64,000 nucleotides of DNA from Candidatus Termititenax sp. (GCA_020719045.1 DYQY01000003.1:62149-126148), one strand, 5' to 3'; counted from the first letter of the stretch, positions 49,061-59,061 are shown. Notes: generated by a model not told the origin, from the sequence alone. Program-made: numbers and translations.

Positions 49061-50635
49061 ATGAGTATGTATTGCAATCAATGTCAGGAAGCAGCAAGGG
49101 GAGTTGCTTGTACAAAAGTAGGAGTCTGCGGAAAGAACGAAACTGTTTCTAACCTACAAGATTTATTAATCGACACTCTACAGAAACTAGCTGTAAAACT
49201 AAAAGGAACAAAAGTAAGCGATGAGCTAACTGCTTATATCCTAAAAAGCTTGTTTCAAACAATAACTAATGCAAACTTTAGCCAGTCAGATATCATAAAA
49301 AGTATCAGAAAAGGTCTTATTATAACTGATGCTGAATTAGCTAGTGCAAGTGATGCTGAACTTATCGCAAAGTCAGCAGAAGTTGGATTCGAAACAATTG
49401 CAAACGATGATATTCGAGCGCTTAAGTCTCTAGTTATCTTTGGACTTAAAGGACTTGCTGCTTATGCTGAGCACGCTGCAAACCTCGGTCACCATGATGA
49501 AGCAATTACAAATTTTATTGTAAAAGCACTTGCTATGGTAGAAGATGAAAACGCTGCAGCAGATGCGCTAGTAGCCTTGACCATCGAAACTGGTCAATTT
49601 GGCGTAACAGCAATGGCACTACTAGATACAGCGAATACTTCTGCTTACGGTAACCCTGAAATATCAGAAGTTAACCTTGGAGTAAGAAAAAACCCTGCTA
49701 TTCTTATCAGCGGTCATGACTTAAAGGATATTGAAGAGCTATTAGCACAAACTGAAGGCACTGGAGTAGATGTATATACTCACAGCGAAATGTTACCTGC
49801 TAACTACTATCCAAAGTTCAAAAAATACGATCATTTAGTTGGCAACTATGGAAACGCATGGTGGAAACAAAACGAAGAGTTTGAAAAGTTTAACGGGCCA
49901 ATCCTTTTTACCACAAACTGTATTACGCCACCTAAGACTTCATACAAAGACAGAGTCTACACCACTGGAGCAGCTGGATTCGATGGTTTTCCTCATATAG
50001 CAGACAGAGTTACTGGACAGCCAAAAGACTTTTCTGCAATCATTGAACACGCAAAAAGACTACCTGCTCCTACTGAAATAGAAACAGGAAAAATAGTCGG
50101 CGGGTTTGCTCACGCACAAGTGTTAGCTCTTGCAGACAAGGTAATAGCAGCTGTTAAATCTGGCGCTATCAAAAAGTTCGTTGTAATGGCAGGTTGTGAC
50201 GGTAGAATGCAGTCAAGAAATTACTATACTGAATTCGCAGAAGCGCTTCCTAAAGATAGCGTTATTCTAACTGCAGGTTGTGCAAAATATCGCTACAACA
50301 AACTAAACCTTGGTGATATAGGTGGTATTCCAAGAGTTCTTGATGCTGGTCAATGTAATGACTCTTACTCATTAGCTGTAGTAGCTTTAAAACTTAAAGA
50401 AGTATTTGGACTAGACGATATTAACGACCTACCTATTGTTTATAACATTGCTTGGTATGAACAAAAGGCTGTTATCGTTCTATTAGCACTACTTTCTCTT
50501 GGTGTTAAAAACATTCACCTTGGACCAACGCTTCCAGCGTTCTTGTCTCCAAACGTAGCAAAAGTTTTAGTTGATACTTTTGGTATCGGTGGCATCACAG
50601 ATGTTGCTTCAGACATCAAAACAATGATTGGTTAA
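49061..50635 (+). CDS. hcp: hydroxylamine reductase / hybrid cluster protein
   Basis: N-terminal [21 protein letters not shown] cluster motif. Start placed at ATG 49061, 8 nt after AGGAG. Confidence 0.9.
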   Translation: MSMYCNQCQEAARGVACTKVGVCGKNETVSNLQDLLIDTLQKLAVKLKGTKVSDELTAYILKSLFQTITNANFSQSDIIKSIRKGLIITDAELASASDAELIAKSAEVGFETIANDDIRALKSLVIFGLKGLAAYAEHAANLGHHDEAITNFIVKALAMVEDENAAADALVALTIETGQFGVTAMALLDTANTSAYGNPEISEVNLGVRKNPAILISGHDLKDIEELLAQTEGTGVDVYTHSEMLPANYYPKFKKYDHLVGNYGNAWWKQNEEFEKFNGPILFTTNCITPPKTSYKDRVYTTGAAGFDGFPHIADRVTGQPKDFSAIIEHAKRLPAPTEIETGKIVGGFAHAQVLALADKVIAAVKSGAIKKFVVMAGCDGRMQSRNYYTEFAEALPKDSVILTAGCAKYRYNKLNLGDIGGIPRVLDAGQCNDSYSLAVVALKLKEVFGLDDINDLPIVYNIAWYEQKAVIVLLALLSLGVKNIHLGPTLPAFLSPNVAKVLVDTFGIGGITDVASDIKTMIG

Positions 50636-50648
50636 AATTAAAATAATT

Positions 50649-50679
50649 AGGTCCCCGCAATCAGAATTTGCGAGGACCT
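50649..50679. terminator. bidirectional hairpin terminator between convergent hcp and the AEC transporter gene
   Basis: aggtccccgcaa / ttgcgaggacct stem (11 of 12 bp paired, 7-nt loop) flanked by A/T-rich runs on both sides. Confidence 0.5.
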
Positions 50680-50681
50680 AA

Positions 50682-51611
50682 TTAAAAAATTATTATCGAT
50701 AAATAATAGTGAAAAATCATAAAAACAAAACTGAGCAAAGACGTTAAAATAACTATCCCAGAGATTTCAGAAACCTTATACTTATACACTTCTGCCAATA
50801 CAACCAAAGCAACAGCAGCAGGGATTGCAGTCTGAAGTAATAAAAACTGCTGAGTTTCAAAAACGTAAAAATCTACGTAAAACATTCTTAGTAAAAACAT
50901 AGAAAAGAACAATCCTATTGGTAGGCTTATAAATCTAAAAAGAGAGTAAAAAAGCGCAGCCCTAATCTTTTCTATTGAAAAGTTATCATATAAAAAGATT
51001 CCTAATGAAAATACAGCCACGCCACCAGCAGCATGCCCCAACATTTCAAACGAACTATGCAAAAAACTTTCCCTAAACCCAACCAAAGAAAACAAAAGCC
51101 CAACAGCTATAGCTATTAACAATGGATTATATTTTAGATTTTTAAAAATCTTTTTAACACTTATGTCATCACTTGCAAACTCAAACATAATAAGGCTTAA
51201 AAAGATACCGATTGCCCCAAGCAAAGAAGCTGTAATTACTGCATTATAATAATACGAACCACTTTGGAAAGACTCAAAAAAAGCTAATCCGAAGAAAGCA
51301 TTACTACCCATAATTACAGATAATGAAAGCAGAATAAACATGTCCTTATTAATCGCGCTAAGAGTAAACAAAACAATTAATGCAATCCAAACTAACAATA
51401 TCGGGACTATCGATCCCCACACAATAACAGGCTCTATTTCTGACAACTGCAACAAAGAAATCTTTGCAAGAAACAAAGCAGGCAAACTGAAATAATATAC
51501 AAAAGATGAAATAACCTTAACATCCGACTTCTGAAAGATATTTGCTCTTCTACTAAGAGCTCCTAATCCAATCAAAATAAATAAAACTAATAGGCTCTGA
51601 ATTACTTCCAT
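50682..51611 (-). CDS. AEC-family (auxin efflux carrier-like) membrane transporter
   Basis: 309 aa, ~10 TM with the two-repeat topology typical of AEC permeases. Confidence 0.6.
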   Translation of the reverse strand: MEVIQSLLVLFILIGLGALSRRANIFQKSDVKVISSFVYYFSLPALFLAKISLLQLSEIEPVIVWGSIVPILLVWIALIVLFTLSAINKDMFILLSLSVIMGSNAFFGLAFFESFQSGSYYYNAVITASLLGAIGIFLSLIMFEFASDDISVKKIFKNLKYNPLLIAIAVGLLFSLVGFRESFLHSSFEMLGHAAGGVAVFSLGIFLYDNFSIEKIRAALFYSLFRFISLPIGLFFSMFLLRMFYVDFYVFETQQFLLLQTAIPAAVALVVLAEVYKYKVSEISGIVILTSLLSFVFMIFHYYLSIIIF

Positions 51612-51671
51612 ATTACTATTATACCTATACTTCTATTAAAATAATAATTAATAAGAACAAAGGAGTAAAAA

Positions 51672-51932
51672 ATGACACACTCAATCTCAACAACTTGGTT
51701 AAATAATATGGGGTTTGAATCAACAATTGATAATCATAAAATTACGCTTGATGCAATGAAAGACCACCCTAAATTCTACACTTCTATCCATATCATCTAT
51801 GAGTTTGATAAAAGTGTTCCAAAGGCCAGTGCAGAAAAAGCAATCGGGCTTTCTCTAGAAAAATACTGTAGCGTAAACTATACGCTTAAGCAGTTGGCTA
51901 AGATTACACATGAAATAAAGTTTATAGAATAA
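51672..51932 (+). CDS. small hypothetical protein, weak OsmC-like C-terminal resemblance
   Basis: 86 aa with a good RBS (aaaggag). C-terminal AEKAIGLSLEKYCSVNYTL resembles the OsmC-family C-terminus. Confidence 0.3.
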   Translation: MTHSISTTWLNNMGFESTIDNHKITLDAMKDHPKFYTSIHIIYEFDKSVPKASAEKAIGLSLEKYCSVNYTLKQLAKITHEIKFIE

Positions 51933-51951
51933 AACCTATCTAGATTTTCTT

Positions 51952-52314
51952 ATGTTAAAAAAATGTAAATCTAACCTATGTTTTAGTATATTTACTATTC
52001 TCATATTACTCTTTTCAACCTACGTTTCAGCACTTGAACGTAATCAATATGCATTAGATACCATTATTACTTCTCGACATGATGGACCAGGATATTACGA
52101 TAATAATGTCCTCAGACCATTCAATGAAAATAATTTCGGAATAGGCATTAGTAACGGACTCGATGTCGATAAAGACTTAATGATAGGTCACTTCAAAAAC
52201 AGTTACCACAGAGACACTTTTTATGCTGGAGTATTCTGGCACAAAGAATTTAAATTAGGTCTCTCTGCTTCACTTTCTAGTCATCTCTCTTGCAGTTTAG
52301 ATAAACTAAACTAA
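51952..52314 (+). CDS. secreted hypothetical protein
   Basis: Signal peptide; 120 aa. Confidence 0.35.
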   Translation: MLKKCKSNLCFSIFTILILLFSTYVSALERNQYALDTIITSRHDGPGYYDNNVLRPFNENNFGIGISNGLDVDKDLMIGHFKNSYHRDTFYAGVFWHKEFKLGLSASLSSHLSCSLDKLN

Positions 52315-52401
52315 TCCACCTCTCAACGCTAATTTACTCTTTGTAGCTCATCAAACAATACTTAATGACATATTCGAAAAAAGCTCTACAGAGTGGTCAC
52401 T

Positions 52402-53244
52402 CTATTGGGATAAATAAATACCTAGAACAACTAAAGAGGTGCCCCCAAAAATAGTTAAATAATTTCCAAAATGCTTCGTCTTGTCACTATCAAATATAAT
52501 CAGTGCTTTTTCCCTAAAAACAATAACCATAATAGAAAGAATTGATAACGCTGATGCCATTCCTAGCGCAATTAATACAACCGATAACAACCCAAGCCAC
52601 AACATCTTATGTGACGCAAAATAGGTTAAGAAAAGTAACGTCCCAGGGCAAGGCACTATCCCAAGCACAAACGGAAGCAGTGCATGATGAACATGTTCCT
52701 CTTCTGAACAGCTCTTCTTCCTTATGGTCTTTACTCCTTTATAAACTATATATACTCCCAAAATTGAAATTATATAATAGCTTATCTTCTGCATAATTGC
52801 CTCATAGCCAGAGCCACCAAAGACAGGCACAATCTTTGAAAGTAATAACATTCCTGCAAACAGAAATAAGGCAGAAAAAGAATGCATCAAACTAAAAACA
52901 AAGCCAAACACAATACCTTTTATTGGGGGTGCTTTTGTTCCCACAAAGTATGAAACAGCTATCACTTTACCATGACCTGGACCAAGTGCATGAAAAAAAC
53001 CATATAAAAAAACCGCAAATAAAATTATAGCTAAATAACCACTACTTGGCTCCTGCTTAATCGCTTTTGTTTTCCGTGAAATATCATTTCGAATATCTCT
53101 TTGTATCATGACTATATTATTAATTACTGGTGCCATAATACTTATCTTCACGGCACCCTCTGTTGACTGTGGCTTGCTTTTAACTAGCATCGGGTTAGCA
53201 AATAATATAGTAGAAATAAAAAGTACAAAAATTAGTTTATTCAT
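52402..53244 (-). CDS. NicO/RcnA-like nickel-cobalt transporter family membrane protein
   Basis: HALGPGHGK motif in TM region; 280 aa with ~6 TM. Confidence 0.55.
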   Translation of the reverse strand: MNKLIFVLFISTILFANPMLVKSKPQSTEGAVKISIMAPVINNIVMIQRDIRNDISRKTKAIKQEPSSGYLAIILFAVFLYGFFHALGPGHGKVIAVSYFVGTKAPPIKGIVFGFVFSLMHSFSALFLFAGMLLLSKIVPVFGGSGYEAIMQKISYYIISILGVYIVYKGVKTIRKKSCSEEEHVHHALLPFVLGIVPCPGTLLFLTYFASHKMLWLGLLSVVLIALGMASALSILSIMVIVFREKALIIFDSDKTKHFGNYLTIFGGTSLVVLGIYLSQ

Positions 53245-53822
53245 TTCTTCTTAATCCTCATCTCAAATCCCTCTGGAACTATCATACCCTGATAATAAGC
53301 ATCTTGCTTCCTTATTTTCTTTGTTAATTCGATTGAGTGTGATTGTGCCTCTCTTGCTATAATCGGAGAACTTCTAACTGGGGCAACATGAATATAGTAT
53401 GTAGGATCAAAAAACATAACGACAAAATCTTTCTCTTGATAACTACTTTTTATCGTACAAGGAATAAAAAACCTATACACAATTTTCCCATCCTCAAAAA
53501 AAGAATAAAAATCTTTAATGTATTCAGGGTAAAAAACCTTACCATCAATATAAAACTTTGCGAAATAATGATACTCTTTTAGATTATCAAAGGCTTCTGC
53601 TTTGAGTTTCTTTAATTCCTGCTCTGAAAATTTTTTATTTGAATCAGCATCATACATCGCCACATAGGAACTAAACATCTCGTCAAAATACCAAGTTGCT
53701 TCAACGCCCTCAATCCCTTCATAATTAAAGCAAACGGTTGCTTTGTAATCTATAAATGTATGCGGATGAGCATAAAATATTGAGGTAATGAAAAAAAGAA
53801 AAACTATAAGCTTAATCCTCAT
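53241..53822 (-). CDS. DUF1007-like periplasmic partner of the NicO-type transporter
   Basis: Signal peptide, 193 aa, 4-nt overlap with the downstream transporter gene. Confidence 0.4.
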   Translation of the reverse strand: MRIKLIVFLFFITSIFYAHPHTFIDYKATVCFNYEGIEGVEATWYFDEMFSSYVAMYDADSNKKFSEQELKKLKAEAFDNLKEYHYFAKFYIDGKVFYPEYIKDFYSFFEDGKIVYRFFIPCTIKSSYQEKDFVVMFFDPTYYIHVAPVRSSPIIAREAQSHSIELTKKIRKQDAYYQGMIVPEGFEMRIKKK

Positions 53823-54003
53823 TTACATCTATTATAAATGAAACAACATAAACCTAACACCTTCAAGATTTTCGAGCCAATTCCCATACTCTTTTCTATC
53901 ATTACAACGTAGACGTGAATCATTTCTATTAATTAGGGGAGTTCAACTCTCTCAATTTGACAAAATTAGACCTAGTTTTCTGATACTTACAACACTAATC
54001 AAA

Positions 54004-54049
54004 ACAATCCTTCCCTTTTCAAGGGAAGGTGGACTGTGCGTCTAGCACA
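54004..54049 (-). terminator. tandem hairpins downstream of feoB (ccttccct-tttca-agggaagg, then ctgtgc-gtcta-gcacag)
   Basis: Perfect 8-bp and 6-bp stems read from the sequence; on the minus strand the first stem is followed by a T-rich run. Confidence 0.45.
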
Positions 54050-54062
54050 GGACGGAAGGGTG

Positions 54063-56201
54063 CTATAAAAACAACAATCCTATTCTATAAACCAAGAACG
54101 AAGCTAGCCACGCAACCGACATTGCATATGCAGAATATATACCAACTATCTTCCAAGAACCTGATTCCTTTCTAAAAACTGCAACTGCCGCAATACAAGG
54201 AATATATAGAAGAACAAAGACCATTAAAGACAAGGCTTTAGCTTTATTAAAGAAAGGATCATCTTGAAGTTTTTGTCTTAAATCAACAGAACTTTCATCC
54301 GCTTCACCCAAAGAATATATTGTACCCAAAGTTGAAACCACTACTTCTTTTGCAGCTAATCCAGTAACCAAGGCTATTCCTATTCTCCAATCAAACCCCA
54401 GTGGCTTAATGGCTGGTTCTATTATTTTCCCAGCTCTACCAGCAAAAGAATGCTCTAGCTGTAAAGATGCTTCTTTATAATCCAACTCTTCTATTCTTCT
54501 TTGTCTCTCTGTTTCAGAAAGCTCAGAACTTTTTTGTACTTGTGCTCTTAGTGAAGCATAATCAGTGGCAATTGTTTCGTTATGAGGAAAAGTACTAACT
54601 ACCCAAATAATGATAGAAGCTAGCAAAATAACTGTTCCAGCCTTTCTCAAATACATTTCAGCCTTTATCTTAGCTTGCATTACAATAGACTTAATCGTTG
54701 GCATTCTGTACGGTGGTAGCTCCATAACAAAAGGCTCCGACTCACCCTTAAAGATTGTTTTCTTAAGTAACAAGGCGGAAACAACAGCAATTAACACACC
54801 AAACAAATATACACCAAACAAAACATTCCCAGCCATCTGCGGCGTAAAGAAAGCTCCTATTAACAATACATACACTGGCAACTTAGCACCACAACTCATA
54901 AAAGGAATAATCATCATTGTTACTATCCTGTCACCACGGTTCTTTAGTGTTCTTGTTGCCATAATCGCTGGAATAGAACATCCAAACCCAGTAATCATAG
55001 GAAGAAACGATTTACCATGTAGCCCAACAGCATGCATTACTTTATCTACAACAAACGCTGCTCTTGCCATATACCCTGTCCCCTCTAGAATAGACAATGC
55101 TATAAAAAGAAGAACAATATTTGGAAGAAAAACAACAACTCCACCCACACCAGCAATAACTCCATCAACTAAAACTGAACGCAACATCCCTTCAGGAATA
55201 ATCATGCTTGCAAACACAGATAAATACTCAAACCCGTTCTCTATCCAACCCATTGGCGCTTCTCCAAGCCTAAATGAAAACTGGAATACAAGCCACATTA
55301 TCAAAAAGAAAAAAGGCAAACCTAAAAATCTATTAATTAAAAAAGTGTCTATCCAAGCAGTAATGCTTTTCTTTGTAACCTCATTATATTTAACTGTTTC
55401 CTGAACTGCACCTCTAATAAATGCATTAATATCCTCAACTATCACTATCTCTGGCTCATCAAACCCATTCTTTAAAAATTCTTTAAACGTATCCTGTAAT
55501 ATTAGCTCTATTTTGAGCCAAATTGGATACTCTTTAACTATCGAATATACTTGCTTATCATTTTCTAGTAACTTTATAGCTAACCATCTTGGTGAATACT
55601 TACTCAGCGATTCCTCTAGCTGTAGCACTTCTTCTAGGCTTTCAATTTTTTCTTCAATTCTTTCACTAAAAGCAAGCTTATTCTTTGCTATCACTATATT
55701 TCCAGAATCCACACTTATTATATGCTCAAGCAAATCGTCTAGCCCTGTTTTCTTAACTGCAGAGGTAGGAATAACATGTGAGCCGAACAACTGCTCCAAT
55801 AATTGCACATCTATCTTTGTTCCCTGCTTCTCTACTTCATCATACATATTAAGCGCTACAATCATGTTCGTTTCAAGCGCCATAAGCTGTACTGTAAGAG
55901 CTAAATTCCTTTCCAGATTTGTCCCATCAACCACATTGACCACAACATCAGGTCGTTCATTAATTAGATAGTCTCTAGCTAGTACCTCCTCAGGAGAATA
56001 CGCAGTCAAAGAATACGTTCCTGGCAAATCCACAAACCTAATCGTATGATCTTTATACTTACGAGTACCTTCGTGCTTCTCGATAGTTACGCCAGCCCAA
56101 TTACCAACCTTCTGATTTGCTCCAACCAGCTCGTTAAAAAGGGATGTCTTTCCACTGTTGGGATTCCCTGCCAAAGCTACTCTTATCTCTTTATTTACCA
56201 T
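54063..56201 (-). CDS. feoB: ferrous iron transporter B
   Basis: N-terminal G-domain (LAGNPNSGKTS, DLPGTY), then a polytopic permease; 712 aa. Confidence 0.9.
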   Translation of the reverse strand: MVNKEIRVALAGNPNSGKTSLFNELVGANQKVGNWAGVTIEKHEGTRKYKDHTIRFVDLPGTYSLTAYSPEEVLARDYLINERPDVVVNVVDGTNLERNLALTVQLMALETNMIVALNMYDEVEKQGTKIDVQLLEQLFGSHVIPTSAVKKTGLDDLLEHIISVDSGNIVIAKNKLAFSERIEEKIESLEEVLQLEESLSKYSPRWLAIKLLENDKQVYSIVKEYPIWLKIELILQDTFKEFLKNGFDEPEIVIVEDINAFIRGAVQETVKYNEVTKKSITAWIDTFLINRFLGLPFFFLIMWLVFQFSFRLGEAPMGWIENGFEYLSVFASMIIPEGMLRSVLVDGVIAGVGGVVVFLPNIVLLFIALSILEGTGYMARAAFVVDKVMHAVGLHGKSFLPMITGFGCSIPAIMATRTLKNRGDRIVTMMIIPFMSCGAKLPVYVLLIGAFFTPQMAGNVLFGVYLFGVLIAVVSALLLKKTIFKGESEPFVMELPPYRMPTIKSIVMQAKIKAEMYLRKAGTVILLASIIIWVVSTFPHNETIATDYASLRAQVQKSSELSETERQRRIEELDYKEASLQLEHSFAGRAGKIIEPAIKPLGFDWRIGIALVTGLAAKEVVVSTLGTIYSLGEADESSVDLRQKLQDDPFFNKAKALSLMVFVLLYIPCIAAVAVFRKESGSWKIVGIYSAYAMSVAWLASFLVYRIGLLFL

Positions 56202-56490
56202 GACAGTGTCCTTTCTTTTCTTTGTTGCAACAACGCATTGGCTCTCCGTCTCCTACCTCTCCAATCTTAACAACATTAATATTCTCAGCTTCCTCAACTC
56301 TGAGCATCAAATGACAGCCTCTAAAGCTTATTTCTATTGGATCGCCTAAAGGTGCTTTTCTAACCACTTTTACTTTTAAGCCTTTCGTAACACCCATGTC
56401 TAGAAGTCTTCTTCGAATTTCTCTTGCGGCTTTAACAAAAACAATCTCTGCCTTGTCTCCTGGTTTTAACTCAGACAATTTGCTTTCCAT
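56191..56490 (-). CDS. feoA: FeoA with Cys/His-rich C-terminal extension
   Basis: SH3-like FeoA core (LSELKPGDKAEIV...) plus the tail GEPMRCCNKEKKGHCHGK; overlaps the feoB start by 11 nt. Confidence 0.75.
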   Translation of the reverse strand: MESKLSELKPGDKAEIVFVKAAREIRRRLLDMGVTKGLKVKVVRKAPLGDPIEISFRGCHLMLRVEEAENINVVKIGEVGDGEPMRCCNKEKKGHCHGK

Positions 56491-56512
56491 ATTCTTTCTC
56501 CTTTGTCTCGCA

Positions 56513-56530
56513 AATTAGGATTGCCTAATT
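56513..56530. promoter_or_regulatory. DtxR/IdeR-type operator-like palindrome AATTAGGattgCCTAATT
   Basis: 7-bp inverted arms resembling the TTAGGTTAGCCTAACCTAA iron-box family. Lies between the divergent feoAB operon and the dtxR-family gene, overlapping a TTGCCT..17..TATAAT promoter-like element (56521-56550). Confidence 0.5.
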
Positions 56531-56590
56531 AGTTAAGTCTAATTTATAATAAATCAAGAACATTGTCAACAATTAATTAAGGATTAACAA

Positions 56591-56956
56591 ATGAAACCAA
56601 CTTCTGCAATGGAAGATTATCTAGAAGGGCTACTCAACCTAGAAAAAGGGGGGATTGAAACACGAGTTAAAAATCTTGCTAAAGAACTTAGCATTAAACC
56701 ACCCTCTGTAATAGAAATGGTTAAAACTCTTATAAGCAAAGGATATATTACCCAAGAAAATCGCAAAGAAATCCATCTAACTGAAGCTGGAATGGAAATA
56801 GCAAATAATACTCGCAAAAAACACTCTGCTATTAAATCTTTCCTGCTAGAAACACTTAAGGTTGATGAAGCTACTGCTGAAATAGATGCTTGCAAAATTG
56901 AGCATTGTTTAAGCCCAAAAACCTATGAACAACTAATCAACTTTATGAAGCAATAA
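56591..56956 (+). CDS. DtxR/MntR-family metal-dependent transcriptional regulator
   Basis: N-terminal EDYLE motif and wHTH; 121 aa. Confidence 0.8.
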   Translation: MKPTSAMEDYLEGLLNLEKGGIETRVKNLAKELSIKPPSVIEMVKTLISKGYITQENRKEIHLTEAGMEIANNTRKKHSAIKSFLLETLKVDEATAEIDACKIEHCLSPKTYEQLINFMKQ

Positions 56957-56991
56957 CTTTTATTCCATATACTCTATAAACAAATTATTTA

Positions 56992-58044
56992 TTATACTAA
57001 AAAATAATTATTAACCGAGAACTCATATTGCTGAATAAATAACTCTTTTAAATAAGCAATACTATTCTGTTCATAAAAAAACAACATTGCTTTCTTATAT
57101 TCAACACTATCAACACTACGATATGATAAAGGACAAGCACCAAAAGCATTTAGTATTGCATTACCAGCCAACCTAGCCGTCCTCTTGTTCCCGTCCACAA
57201 AAGGTTGAATATAAGAAATAAGAGCAATAATAACAAGTGCCTTATGAAATGGATCTTCATATGCATTAATCAAACCAACACTACTCTCTAGTGCCTCTTG
57301 TATTTGTTGCTTATTATCTAATGGTCTATAGTTTGTTCCAGTAATACTCACTAAAGAATTCCTTACACCAAAACCAACTGAAAGATTCTGAACCAACAAT
57401 GCATGAATATCCTCAATCTTCCTTACACTCATTTCAAGATAATCTATTTTACTAGAAAAAACATAGTTTAATGCAGTTTTATGATTTAATATCATTATTG
57501 CCTCTTCCTTGCTATGTCCTGGTGCCTCTCTGTTTTCCTTAATAAGAGCCTCCGTATCCAAAAGAGAATAAGTATTACCTTCAATCTGTGAGGATTTCCA
57601 ACTAAGCTCAATAGTCAGTCTCTCTATTTCCTTTTTAAATATATCTGGCGATATACTAGAAATATTTGTTGTGTACTTCTTAGTTAATTGCGCCAAATTC
57701 TTAAGCTCTTTTAAAGAAAATATATCTGAAAAATCATTAAATATATTAAAGTTAAAGCTTTTTTTTACTTCCCTATTATCTGGCTCTAATAAAAAATATT
57801 TTTGCGGATCAAAATAACTCAATAAGGAACTATTCATATATACTCTATACTTCGTACTTCTTCCTTCTCCCTCTTTTTTAATTAACTTTTCATTAATCAA
57901 CACTTCAATGTCACGAACTATTGTTATTCGAGAAACATCATCATAGGTTTCAGCCAAAAATTTCTTTATTTCACTATTAGAAACTAAAGATTTGGCTCTA
58001 ATAAAATCATAAATATTATACTGTCTTTGCGTTAATTGTTTCAT
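56992..58044 (-). CDS. Fic/Fido-domain protein with degenerate active-site motif and N-terminal wHTH-like region
   Basis: Motif reads IQPFVDGNKRTARL; the CAA (Gln) codon was confirmed on the minus strand where canonical Fic has HPFx[DE]GNGRxxR. Confidence 0.7.
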   Translation of the reverse strand: MKQLTQRQYNIYDFIRAKSLVSNSEIKKFLAETYDDVSRITIVRDIEVLINEKLIKKEGEGRSTKYRVYMNSSLLSYFDPQKYFLLEPDNREVKKSFNFNIFNDFSDIFSLKELKNLAQLTKKYTTNISSISPDIFKKEIERLTIELSWKSSQIEGNTYSLLDTEALIKENREAPGHSKEEAIMILNHKTALNYVFSSKIDYLEMSVRKIEDIHALLVQNLSVGFGVRNSLVSITGTNYRPLDNKQQIQEALESSVGLINAYEDPFHKALVIIALISYIQPFVDGNKRTARLAGNAILNAFGACPLSYRSVDSVEYKKAMLFFYEQNSIAYLKELFIQQYEFSVNNYFLV

Positions 58045-58131
58045 GCTAATAGGCTAATTGTAACATTTTGAAACAATTAATCAATTGACTGGTCAAAATA
58101 TCAGTAATAAAAAGGAACTTTTTAGTATCCC

Positions 58132-58629
58132 TTGTTGTATAATATTGATATGAAGAAAAAATTTCTCATTTTTCTATTACCAATGTTATTGCTTCTAACC
58201 GGCTGTCAAACAACTATGTTAGTAGAAAAGGTCGACATGAAAACATTTACACCACTGCTAATCGACTATGCCTCACTTAACGGATACAAGATTCTATACA
58301 GAAACGATGCAACAGGTGCTTACAGGATACATTTAGGACAAATGTATATACCCGCACAACTAGAAACTTATAAAGAAAAAACCACGCAACTACTTACCTA
58401 CAATGTTCAATATGAGCTTACCAAACAAGAAGAAACAACCTTTAGAGCCATTAGCCAAAAAGACCAATATATTGATTTAGTTGTTATGGTAAGAGTATTT
58501 CAGCAAAATAACGACATCAGAATAAACATTGAGGCCGACAACACAAACTACTATCAACCAACATCATCACAAGCAAATAAATTCCGAAGATACTTGGAAA
58601 ATTCTGGTTATACTGTAAGAATATTATAA
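58132..58629 (+). CDS. lipoprotein, function unknown
   Basis: LLLTGC lipobox. Confidence 0.5.
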   Translation: MLYNIDMKKKFLIFLLPMLLLLTGCQTTMLVEKVDMKTFTPLLIDYASLNGYKILYRNDATGAYRIHLGQMYIPAQLETYKEKTTQLLTYNVQYELTKQEETTFRAISQKDQYIDLVVMVRVFQQNNDIRINIEADNTNYYQPTSSQANKFRRYLENSGYTVRIL

Positions 58630-58638
58630 GGAGCTAAA

Positions 58639-59061
58639 ATGAAAATAAATACATCTGTTCTATTTGTGCTAATTATAATCTTAAGCTTCTCCTTAGCTCA
58701 GACTAGGGTTTACAAACAAGAGAAAAGTGTAGCTGTTCACCAAACAGGCAAAGTTGTGGAATCAAAGGATGAAGGTAATTTGTTTGAGATTACACTTGAG
58801 GTAGATGAAACAAGCGATATTGTCACAAAAACAACCATAAGACGATTAGACCAAAACGAAACTAGAACAATAAACAAAAGCTACTCTATCAAAAAAGATA
58901 AAAACACACTCGGCAGTGCAATGGGCGAAGGCGGTAAAACAATCATCGCCGTAGCTGACAACGGCGATGAGATTCTTGAGATAGGTGATGAATTTTTATT
59001 TTCATCTAAAGGTAGTGCCTTCTCACAAATGATTACTGGCGTTTACCGTAGATTACGCTAG
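58639..59061 (+). CDS. secreted hypothetical protein
   Basis: Signal peptide; 140 aa. Confidence 0.4.
   Translation: MKINTSVLFVLIIILSFSLAQTRVYKQEKSVAVHQTGKVVESKDEGNLFEITLEVDETSDIVTKTTIRRLDQNETRTINKSYSIKKDKNTLGSAMGEGGKTIIAVADNGDEILEIGDEFLFSSKGSAFSQMITGVYRRLR

Noticed and set aside
53823-54062. Possible riboswitch (NiCo or cobalamin) in the long leader of the DUF1007/NicO-type operon.
   Set aside because: I could not identify a B12-box or the conserved NiCo-riboswitch junction nucleotides by eye. The hairpins present are equally well explained as the feoB terminator, so I kept this only as a low-interest note within the metal-cluster finding.
54062-54065. One-base discrepancy between my hand-counted position of the feoB stop codon (cta at 54062-54064) and the track coordinate (54063).
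   Set aside because: It is most likely a counting slip on my part across several 60-nt lines. Track coordinates were used for the CDS, and other hand-checked ORFs (acrB, pth, the DUF1007 gene) agreed with the track.
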